DNA from: an uncultured Lentisphaerota bacterium
GTDB taxonomy: Bacteria; Verrucomicrobiota; Lentisphaeria; Victivallales; UBA1829
Reading direction: 5' to 3'
DNA: 64,000 bases
Assembly: GCA_900320095.1 (NCBI GenBank)
Contig: ONQZ01000004.1
Span: forward strand, 4,227-68,226
Shown: positions 10,527-18,600 of the stretch, one piece after another
How positions within the stretch are numbered: position 1 is the stretch's first letter
How the letters are laid out: each line of letters opens with the position of its first letter
Position numbers and translations under genes: made by a program
The notes under the pieces: model-generated
The model's input: the letters and a program-made list of their open reading frames with translations, nothing else
Databases searched by the model: none
What the model was told of the DNA's origin: nothing

Positions 10527-12407
10527 ATGGCTGAGCAGACACCGCGCAGGATCAAAATCGCATGCCCCGGCTGCGGACAGAAGCTCGACGTCTCCGAGAT
10601 GCCGTCCTTCTCCCACGTCAACTGCCCCGCCTGCTCGTTCGACCTCATCGTCCCCAAGTGGTTCAACAACTATCTGCTGGAATCCCCCGAAGGCAAGGGC
10701 GGCATGGCGGTCGTCTACCGCGCGCTCGACCTCGCGCTTGACCGTGAAGTCGCCATCAAAATATTCGATCCCGACCTCGCAAAACAGGGCGTCTCTCCCG
10801 ACCTCTTCCTGCATGAAGCGCGCATCGCCGCCACGATCAACCATCCCGCGGTCGTGCCCATCTATTCCTGCGGAGAATGGGACGGCTCCACGTACATCGT
10901 CATGCAGTACATGAATGGCGGCACGCTCGAAAGTCGTCTCCGTAAGGCGAAGGGCCGCCTCCCGGTCATGGAGACCTGCCGCTGGATCCGCGATGTTTGC
11001 GAGGGGCTGGACGCCGCCCGCGAACTCGGGATCGTCCACCACGACATCAAGCCCGCAAACATCCTCCTCGACCTCGATTTCAACGCGAAGATCTCCGACT
11101 TCGGGCTTTCCCAGGTCGTCTCCGGCAAGTCCGCCTCGGCTTTCCTCGACCCAACCAGAATGTGGCTCAGTCCGCAGTACGTCAGCCCGGAAAAGGTCCT
11201 GACCGGCGAGGAAGGCCCCGAAGGCGACATTTACAGCCTCGGCGCGTCCTTCTATCACCTGCTCTCGGGCAAACCGCCGTTCCGCTCGGACGATGTGCAG
11301 GAGCTCGTCAATATGCGGACGCAGCGCGATCCCGTCCCGCCCGACCTCGTCCGCCCCGACATCACTCCCGCGCTCTCCTCGGTCATCCTCGACATGATGA
11401 ACCACGATCCCGCCGCCCGACCCTCGTACAGACAGATCGTCGCGCGCATCAACGACGCCCTCCGCGCCATCATGCGCCCGGCGCAAACGGTTCCCGCTGA
11501 AGAACCCGGAAAACAGAATCCTTCCCGTAAAGTCTTCAATGTTCCGGCCGGACGCATCGACCCCTCGAAAAAGCATTCCTTCCGCGCCTCGCACATCACG
11601 CTGCTGCTGATCCTGCTTTTCCTGATGTCCGGGTTCTGCTTTCTCGTGTTCCTGCCGCGTTTTGTGGATCAGCGGTCCCTGCTGGACGCCGCGCCCTCGC
11701 TGAAGGCTCTTTACGGCGACCTGCCCCCGGAATCCTTCCCGTTTTTGAGCGAATCTTTTTACGATTCCCCGTTGTTCGACGCTGAAATGGCGTTCGCCGA
11801 TTTCGATTATCCGCTTGAGGCGCGCTATGCCGCCGCCTGGGTCTCCGGCGTCTGTCAGATGCTGGACGCCGCGCCCTCCGCCGTCGCATCCGCCGCCGAC
11901 ATGGGCGACCATCTCCGGTCCGCCGCGTCGCTCGCCGGGACGCAGCCGCCGCGCGCCGATGCGTACTGTCTCGCCGTCCTTTCCCGCCTCGACCCGAATC
12001 CGCCGGACGTCTATTTCTCGGCGGAACAGCAGGTCCGTGTGCTCCTGGGCCGCCTGATCCGCTCCCTGTACGACCTCGACCCGGATTCGCTCGAAAACGG
12101 CCGCATCCCGGATCGTATTCTGAACCAGTTCGGCACGCTTCGCACCGCCTTCCAGTCCCTGCCGGAAGGTTCCTGGCTTGCAAAACACTTCGGCTCGCGC
12201 CTTTCCGACTGGCATGCCGCGCTTTCCGGCGATTCCGCCGCGTCCGAAGACCTCGAACCTCTCTTCCGCCGCCTGACCTCCGGCAAATCCGGTCCCGCAA
12301 AACGGCCCGGAAACATCCTTCCCGGCCAGTCCGAAACGCTCGACGCGCCCTTCGGCGTTCCCTCGCACACGACGCCCGCGGACGACGACGATCCGGTCGG
12401 TTTCTGA
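10527..12407 (+). CDS. Ser/Thr protein kinase with N-terminal zinc ribbon, TM segment and C-terminal unknown domain
   Basis: CPGCG...CPAC zinc ribbon, then kinase motifs HHDIKPANILLD, DFGLS, SPE, then the hydrophobic stretch ITLLLILLFLMSGFCFLVFL. An alternative GTG start at 10515 overlaps the MBL stop (GTGA). Confidence 0.85.
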   Translation: MAEQTPRRIKIACPGCGQKLDVSEMPSFSHVNCPACSFDLIVPKWFNNYLLESPEGKGGMAVVYRALDLALDREVAIKIFDPDLAKQGVSPDLFLHEARIAATINHPAVVPIYSCGEWDGSTYIVMQYMNGGTLESRLRKAKGRLPVMETCRWIRDVCEGLDAARELGIVHHDIKPANILLDLDFNAKISDFGLSQVVSGKSASAFLDPTRMWLSPQYVSPEKVLTGEEGPEGDIYSLGASFYHLLSGKPPFRSDDVQELVNMRTQRDPVPPDLVRPDITPALSSVILDMMNHDPAARPSYRQIVARINDALRAIMRPAQTVPAEEPGKQNPSRKVFNVPAGRIDPSKKHSFRASHITLLLILLFLMSGFCFLVFLPRFVDQRSLLDAAPSLKALYGDLPPESFPFLSESFYDSPLFDAEMAFADFDYPLEARYAAAWVSGVCQMLDAAPSAVASAADMGDHLRSAASLAGTQPPRADAYCLAVLSRLDPNPPDVYFSAEQQVRVLLGRLIRSLYDLDPDSLENGRIPDRILNQFGTLRTAFQSLPEGSWLAKHFGSRLSDWHAALSGDSAASEDLEPLFRRLTSGKSGPAKRPGNILPGQSETLDAPFGVPSHTTPADDDDPVGF

Positions 12408-12473
12408 ACCGGCTCTTCCCGAATCCGGAAAAAGCCTGCCGTTTTTCCGTATCAACATCTTTCCCTCCCGCGG

Positions 12474-12502
12474 TTGCATTTCCGCCGTCTTTATGCTATA
12501 TT
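12474..12502 (+). promoter_or_regulatory. Sigma70-type promoter (extended -10) upstream of rsmB
   Basis: TTGCAT (12474-12479), 17-nt spacer, TGC-TATATT (-10 at 12497-12502). Confidence 0.55.
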
Positions 12503-12568
12503 AATTGAACACGGAGCATACGGCTCCGGCGTCTTTTTTCATATCACACTCGACAGAAAGGCATACCG

Positions 12569-13816
12569 TTGAAGACATCCCGCATTTCCGAGGGCATCCT
12601 GGAACACGCCCTCTCCGCCCTGACCGCCTGGGAAAATGACGGCGTCTCCCTCGACGACTGCCTGGACGACCTCCGCGCCGGGGATTTCCCCGCGAAAGCC
12701 GCCGTCGCCTCCCTCCTGTTCGAGTATTTCCGCCACAAATATTTCCTGGATTCCCTGCTCATCAAGCACGCCAGAAAGGGCAAGGTCAACCAGCAGATGC
12801 GGCTCCTCGTCTCCCTCGCCGCCGCGCAGGTCTTCTTCCAGACCGGGCTCCCCTGGCAGTCCGCGGTCAACATCGCCGTCGACACCGCCAAAAAGCTCCG
12901 CGGTCCCGGCGGCGGCGCGTTCGTGAACGCCATCCTCCGCGCCTATGTCCGCGACGATTCCGTCGACCGCGCGCACATCCCCGCCGACTGCCCGCCGCTC
13001 CTGCGGGAACGCTGGACCGACGCCTACGGACCGGAACGCGCGTCCGCCATCCTCGGCCAGTTCGCCTCCAATCCGCCCATCTCCGTGCGGCTGCGTCCCG
13101 GTGCCGACGTCTCCCTGCTGGCGGACTGCGGCCCCGAACCCTTCGACCCCGATTTCGACACGGGCGATTTCCGCTTTTTCACGCTGAACAATACTGTCGG
13201 CCTTTTCGACAATCCGCTGCTTCAGGACGGCTCCCTCTACGTGCAGGACCCCGCCACCTGCATGGGCCTCGGCCTGCTGGAATCCAAACCGTCCGGGGCC
13301 ATCCTCGACCTCTGCGCCGCGCCCGGCGGCAAGACCATCATGCTCTCCGAACTCGCCGCGTCCGGCGCGAAGATCACCGCCGCCGACCGTTCCCGCAAAC
13401 GCGTCTCCACCCTGAACATCAACCTCCGCCGCGCCGGAGTCAGGGCGAAGACCGTCGCCGCCGACGCCCGCGAGCTCCCGTTCCCGCCGCAGTCCTTCGA
13501 CTTCATCCTCGCCGACGTCCCCTGCTCGAACACCGGCGTCATCCGCCGCCGTCCGGACGTCCCGTGGCGCTTCTCGAAAACGCGCCTCGCCGAGCTTACG
13601 GTCCTCCAGCACGCCATCCTGAAAAGCGCGGTCTCCCTGCTCAAGCCAGGCGGCACCCTCCTTTATTCCACGTGCAGCCTCGAATCCGAAGAAAACCTCG
13701 GGCGCGTCCGGCTGCTTCTTTCCGAATATCCCGATCTCACGCTCGTCCGCGAACAGACGCTCTTCCCCACCAATACGCACGACGGCGCGTTCTCCGCCGT
13801 CCTGAAGCTCGCCTGA
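12569..13816 (+). CDS. rsmB: 16S rRNA (cytosine-C5)-methyltransferase RsmB/Sun family
   Basis: NusB-like N-terminal part. SAM motif DLCAAPGGKT, catalytic DVPCSNTG and TCSLESEEN. TTG start with a GAAAGG RBS. Confidence 0.85.
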   Translation: MKTSRISEGILEHALSALTAWENDGVSLDDCLDDLRAGDFPAKAAVASLLFEYFRHKYFLDSLLIKHARKGKVNQQMRLLVSLAAAQVFFQTGLPWQSAVNIAVDTAKKLRGPGGGAFVNAILRAYVRDDSVDRAHIPADCPPLLRERWTDAYGPERASAILGQFASNPPISVRLRPGADVSLLADCGPEPFDPDFDTGDFRFFTLNNTVGLFDNPLLQDGSLYVQDPATCMGLGLLESKPSGAILDLCAAPGGKTIMLSELAASGAKITAADRSRKRVSTLNINLRRAGVRAKTVAADARELPFPPQSFDFILADVPCSNTGVIRRRPDVPWRFSKTRLAELTVLQHAILKSAVSLLKPGGTLLYSTCSLESEENLGRVRLLLSEYPDLTLVREQTLFPTNTHDGAFSAVLKLA

Positions 13817-13864
13817 ACGCAATCCGCCTGAAACAGTCAACCGAATACAGAAAAGGTCCCCGCC

Positions 13865-15937
13865 ATGGCAACCGTCATCATCTCCAGCGGCATCACAAGT
13901 TCCGGTCTTGCCGTAAGTTCCGGCAACGGTCTGGAAGTTTTCGGCACGGCGGAGAATACCTCTGTCCTCACCGGCGGCTCCGCGACCGTATTCTCCGGCG
14001 GAAAAATGATCGTGACCCAGGTCGCCGAATCCGGTTTCGTGGACGTCTCCGGCGGCGTGGCGAACAGCACCACCGTCCTCGGAGGCGGCCGCATCCTCAT
14101 TTCCGCAGGCGGCAGCGCCAACGTGAACAGCATCCAGAGCGGCGGCTCCATGACCGTGGGACCGTCCGGCAGGGCGTCCCTCGTCGCGAACAGCGGCGGC
14201 TTCCTGACCGTTTCATCCGGCGGGACCGCCTACGTCGCGAACGCCGTTTCCGGCGGGGTTGTGGAGCTTCAGAACGGCGGGTCCGGCGTCTTCCTCACGC
14301 TTGCGAAGACCGGACGTCTGCTTGTCTCTTCCGGCGGCATCGCCGAAAAGGTCAATCTGAACGGCACCGCGACGGTTTACGCGGGCGGTTCCGCTTCGGG
14401 CGTGACCGTCTCGGACGGCGGCAGGTTCCTGATCTCCGGCGGCCTCGCGCAGGACGTCAATGTCCTCACCGGCGGAAACGCCGTTCTGTCCGGCGGCATC
14501 GCGAACAATGCCTCCGTCGCCTCCGATGGTTTCTTCACGATCTCTTCCGGCGGCACGGCATCCGGCGTCGAAGTCAACGGCTGGACCACCGTCCTGTCCG
14601 GCGGCGCGGCCGACAGCGTCGCGGTCAATTCCGACGCCTGGCTCGTCGTTTCCGGCGGCGGCAAACTGACCGGGCGGATGACCTTCGCAGCCGGCGCGTC
14701 CGTGAACGTCTACGGAAACGCCGTTCTCGACTTCGATATTTCCTCGCTCGCGCCCGGTTCGGATGCCCGCGTCAACGACCTTTCTCTCGTTCACGGCTCG
14801 CCCGAATTCACGCTTACGGTCTCCGGTTTGCAGGAACACGGCGACTATCTGCTTGCCGGAGGCGCCGCGAACTTCGCCAAAACTATCTCCGTCGTCGATA
14901 TGCTCGGCGAGTCGCTCGGCACGCTCACCGTCGGCGAGACCACGGACATCGGCGGCACGAACTACAAGCTCAACCTCACTGATGGCGTACTGTCCGTTTC
15001 GGTCGGAGTCGTCGAACCGTCTGGTCCGGCAAAAAACGATATTGATGGCAACGGCATCTCCGACGTGATGTTCGTGTGGACCGGAAACAATTATCAGCAC
15101 GGCTACTGGATGAACGGCACGTCCGAATGGCAGTCCGCCAACAGCGGCCATCCCGCCGACTGGGACAACCTCGGCTGTTACGACATGACCGGCAACGGCA
15201 AGGCGGATTCCGTGCTGTTCGGCAACGTGACCAGCGAGGCGGGCATCAAGGGCGCCTACATCGGGTTCTACTCCGACGCCATCGACAACACCGACGGCTC
15301 GACCTGGGTCAACATCGGCTACCTCACGAACGAGGACGATATCCAGTGGAAGAACAAGGTCGGCAACCTGACTGGAAACGAGGCAGGCGTGAACTCGATC
15401 GTCTGGTATGCGCCGGAGCTCTACGCGCTCGGCGTCTGGACCGACGGCACCGAAAACTGGATCACGCTCAGCGGCGATTTCGGCGGCTCCGACTGGACGC
15501 TCGTCGGCTGCGGCGACTTCGACGGCGATGGCAGGGACTCCGTGCTGATGAGTTATCTCGGCGGCAAAAAGTATTATGCCGTCGGCATCGACGGCACGGC
15601 AACGGACCTCGGCGCGGCCGACTGGTCAGGCTGGGAGGTCCGCGCGATCGGCGATTTCTCCGGCGACAAGAAGGACGACATCGTGCTGTTCCACAAGACG
15701 ACTGGCGCGATGGTCCTGTGCGCCGACGGAAATACGGACAGTTACACAACCATCGGCCAGCTCGACGCGCAGGACTGGTTCGTGGTCGGCGCGGGCGACT
15801 ACAACGCCGACGCGAAGGACGACCTGCTCGTCCGCCAGTATTCGACCGGCATGCTCGGCTATTACACCGGCGGCGACATGTCCCAGTGGAACGTGCTCGG
15901 CTACGGCGTTGATATGAACTGGACCGTCATAGCATAA
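13865..15937 (+). CDS. Leaderless repeat protein: N-terminal SGG-type beta-helix repeats + C-terminal FG-GAP/VCBS beta-propeller (paralog 1)
   Basis: 690 aa. More than 12 copies of a ~19-aa repeat (..SGG.A..T.V..GG...V..). Then D-x-[DN]-G-[DN]-G-x-D blades (DIDGNGISD, DMTGNGKAD, GDFDGDGRD, GDFSGDKKD, GDYNADAKD). No signal peptide seen. Confidence 0.8.
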   Translation: MATVIISSGITSSGLAVSSGNGLEVFGTAENTSVLTGGSATVFSGGKMIVTQVAESGFVDVSGGVANSTTVLGGGRILISAGGSANVNSIQSGGSMTVGPSGRASLVANSGGFLTVSSGGTAYVANAVSGGVVELQNGGSGVFLTLAKTGRLLVSSGGIAEKVNLNGTATVYAGGSASGVTVSDGGRFLISGGLAQDVNVLTGGNAVLSGGIANNASVASDGFFTISSGGTASGVEVNGWTTVLSGGAADSVAVNSDAWLVVSGGGKLTGRMTFAAGASVNVYGNAVLDFDISSLAPGSDARVNDLSLVHGSPEFTLTVSGLQEHGDYLLAGGAANFAKTISVVDMLGESLGTLTVGETTDIGGTNYKLNLTDGVLSVSVGVVEPSGPAKNDIDGNGISDVMFVWTGNNYQHGYWMNGTSEWQSANSGHPADWDNLGCYDMTGNGKADSVLFGNVTSEAGIKGAYIGFYSDAIDNTDGSTWVNIGYLTNEDDIQWKNKVGNLTGNEAGVNSIVWYAPELYALGVWTDGTENWITLSGDFGGSDWTLVGCGDFDGDGRDSVLMSYLGGKKYYAVGIDGTATDLGAADWSGWEVRAIGDFSGDKKDDIVLFHKTTGAMVLCADGNTDSYTTIGQLDAQDWFVVGAGDYNADAKDDLLVRQYSTGMLGYYTGGDMSQWNVLGYGVDMNWTVIA

Positions 15938-16104
15938 CGCGGCTGTCAAATCACCGCAAATAATAACTCATCTGGTCTTTTTTCCATCGCCGCCAGACGA
16001 ATGACATTTTGTTGTTTTTTTAGAGTTGTACCATCTATGGCTTATGGTTTTTTGCACATAAATGTATTATTTCCAAAAAAACCGAAAACTGGACTGAATG
16101 TGTC

Positions 16105-16132
16105 TTGATTTTCCCATTTTTCATGCTATATT
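16105..16132 (+). promoter_or_regulatory. Sigma70-type promoter (extended -10) upstream of paralog 2
   Basis: TTGATT (16105-16110), 16-nt spacer, TGC-TATATT (-10 at 16127-16132), within an AT-rich intergenic region. Confidence 0.5.
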
Positions 16133-16173
16133 TTGAAAAACAAAACAAACCGTTTCCGTAGAAAGGGACTTTT

Positions 16174-18411
16174 ATGTCAAAGATTATCATCGACAGCGAT
16201 AAGAACAATCAAACCATCAGCAGCGGCGTTTCCGCCTATGTGTGGAGCGGCGCGACGCTCAAAAACTCCTATGTCTCTTCCGGCGGCCGGCTCTACATCG
16301 AGAACGGGGCCGCCAGCGCCACCACCGTTTCAAAAGGCGGGTTCATGATCTTCAGCATGGGCTGTTCCGGCGGGACCAATTCGGTCCTTTCCGGCGGCAC
16401 CATGGCAATTATGTCGGGTGCGAACGTCGCCTACGTCACCGCGGCGAAGGGCGCGGCCATCATTCTGGAGGCCACTGCCAGCTCGTACTACACGCCTGCG
16501 ACCAAATTCACCGTCTCCTCCAACGGGGCCACCATCAAATGCACCGGCAGCACGTTCTCCGGCTGGGACAACATGAACACGCCCGGTTGCGCCCTGACCC
16601 TAGCTGGCGTTTCCGCATCCAGCATCAATGTCTCCAGCGGCTGCGTCCTGACCATCGGCGGCGTCAGCCGCTATGCCTCGGCCTCCGTCAACAAGGTGAA
16701 CGTCTACAACGGCGGCAAGGTCTACTTCACGCGCGTCGATACCGTCGGCACGGCTACGGCCCATGCCGGCGGTTCGCTCTTCGTCGCAGACGGCGCCACA
16801 GGGTCCGCCACCATCATCGAAAACGGCGGCAATGTGACGCTGTATTACGGGGACGAAATGCTGAACGATCCGGGCTGGGGTATTTCCATCAAGAAAAACA
16901 CGTTCTACAACGTCGTCGCCAGCGGCTACGATGTTCAGGATGTCGCCGCCCACTCCGGCACCACCGGCGTCAACACCACCCTGCTGGACAGCGCCTATTT
17001 CCGCGTCTACAGCGGTGGCAAGGCGTACGACACAGTCACCTCCGGCGGCACGCTGGACATTCGCTCCGGGGGCGTCGCCAGCAATGTCTACAACAATACC
17101 GGTCTGGTATGGGTTTCCAGCGGCGGCAAGATCACAGGCAAGATATCCATCAATCACCGTATCATCGTCGAAGACGGAGGCATTATCGACTTCGACATTT
17201 CCGGCATTCGCGGAGGTGATGCCGCCAGGTTCGACAACTACTACAACCTCCCGACCAACACAGGTTCCCCCACGCTCACGCTGACCGTCTCCGGACGCCA
17301 GCCCGACGGCACCTACACCCTCGCCACCGGCGCATATCAGATCGAAAAGAAGACGACCGACGCGGAGAAGACCCTGACCGTCTACAACACCTCCGGCTCG
17401 AAACTCGGCGCCGTCAAGCTCGGTCAGACCGTGAAGATCGGATCCGCCAGCTATTCCCTGAATCTCAACTCCGGATACCTCTCCGTCACCATCAGCGGCA
17501 GCGCGCCCGCCAAGGTCGTGAAATCCGACATCGACGCCAACAACAAGAGCGACATCCTCTTCCAGTACACCGGCGGCAACTATCAGACCGGATTCTGGAT
17601 GAACGGCTCCAACACCTGGAAAGGACAGGGCGTCCTGCACAGCAAGGACTGGACTCTGCTCGGCGCGCACGATATGAACGGCGACGGCAAGGCGGACACC
17701 GTCTACGTCGGAAATGTCACCGTCAACGGCGTGAAGGGCGCGTACATCGGCTATTACAACGCGGGCATCGACACCGACGCCAACTGGAAGAACATCGGCT
17801 ACCTGAACAACTCGGGCAACGTCGCCTGGAACAACGTCGTCGGCAATCTGACCGGATCCTACTGCAAAAACGACATCGTCTGGCATGCGCCTTCCCTCGG
17901 CGCGCTCGGCGTCTGGACCGACGGCACCGCCAACTGGACGAGTCTCGGCTCCGGATTCGATTCCCAGTGGAAGATCGTCGGCACCGGCGACTTCAACGGC
18001 AACGGTCAGGAATCCGTCCTCATGGCTCACGCGGGCGGCAACAACTACTACGCCGTGGACCTCTACGGCAACATCACCCACATGGGCGCATCCACTGGAG
18101 GCTGGGAAGTCGTCGCCATCGGCGATTTCTACGGCGACGGAAAGGACGACGTCATCGCCTTCAACAAGACCTACGGGCTCGTCGACGTCTGGAGCGACGG
18201 CAAGACCAACGTCGACGTCAACATCGGACAGGTCAACGCGAAAGACTGGTTCATCGCCGGAGCCGGCGATTACAACGGCGACGGAAAAGACGATCTCCTG
18301 GTCCGCCAGAAATCCACGGGCATGCTCGGCTACTACGCCGGCGCGAACATGAAGTCCGGCTGGCAGACGCTCGGCTACGGCGTCAGCAACGCCTGGACCG
18401 TCATCGCATAG
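16174..18411 (+). CDS. Leaderless repeat protein: beta-helix repeats + FG-GAP/VCBS beta-propeller (paralog 2)
   Basis: 745 aa with the same architecture as 13865..15937. Shared middle motif (..DFDIS...TLTVSG...Y.L.L..G.LSV) and shared C-terminus (LLVRQ.STGMLGYY...GYGV...WTVIA). Confidence 0.8.
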   Translation: MSKIIIDSDKNNQTISSGVSAYVWSGATLKNSYVSSGGRLYIENGAASATTVSKGGFMIFSMGCSGGTNSVLSGGTMAIMSGANVAYVTAAKGAAIILEATASSYYTPATKFTVSSNGATIKCTGSTFSGWDNMNTPGCALTLAGVSASSINVSSGCVLTIGGVSRYASASVNKVNVYNGGKVYFTRVDTVGTATAHAGGSLFVADGATGSATIIENGGNVTLYYGDEMLNDPGWGISIKKNTFYNVVASGYDVQDVAAHSGTTGVNTTLLDSAYFRVYSGGKAYDTVTSGGTLDIRSGGVASNVYNNTGLVWVSSGGKITGKISINHRIIVEDGGIIDFDISGIRGGDAARFDNYYNLPTNTGSPTLTLTVSGRQPDGTYTLATGAYQIEKKTTDAEKTLTVYNTSGSKLGAVKLGQTVKIGSASYSLNLNSGYLSVTISGSAPAKVVKSDIDANNKSDILFQYTGGNYQTGFWMNGSNTWKGQGVLHSKDWTLLGAHDMNGDGKADTVYVGNVTVNGVKGAYIGYYNAGIDTDANWKNIGYLNNSGNVAWNNVVGNLTGSYCKNDIVWHAPSLGALGVWTDGTANWTSLGSGFDSQWKIVGTGDFNGNGQESVLMAHAGGNNYYAVDLYGNITHMGASTGGWEVVAIGDFYGDGKDDVIAFNKTYGLVDVWSDGKTNVDVNIGQVNAKDWFIAGAGDYNGDGKDDLLVRQKSTGMLGYYAGANMKSGWQTLGYGVSNAWTVIA

Positions 18412-18421
18412 CACATTCCCC

Positions 18422-18581
18422 GTGCCGTCGCGTAGCACGGCACTACCGCCGTCCAGGGCTTGCCCTGGCAAGCGAAGCTGAGAGCACTACTTCAGTGGAA
18501 GACTTGCCCTCCGTGCCCGAGCGGAGCCGGGCACTACTGCAGTCCAGGGCTTGCCCTGGTGCCCCGGCGACGCTCGGGCAC
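18422..18581 (+). repeat. Double-hairpin (REP/BIME-like) repeat array, locus 2
   Basis: Hairpin-1 copies at 18422-18443, 18513-18534 and 18559-18581. 16-nt palindromes CCAGGGCTTGCCCTGG at 18453-18468 and 18544-18559, and GGAAGACTTGCCCTCC at 18497-18512. 9-nt linkers taccgccgt, tacttcagt, tactgcagt. Confidence 0.9.
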
Positions 18582-18600
18582 GAAAGATGTATCGTCTTTT

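Noticed and set aside
10233-12479. 748-aa minus-strand ORF; also 12539..13840, 16600..18471, 27966..30233, 39156..41006, 32575..34512 and 44270..45571
   Set aside because: Each lies opposite a gene with strong family motifs (kinase, rsmB, repeat protein, yidC, LRR protein, metG, dnaN). All have shadow-ORF composition.
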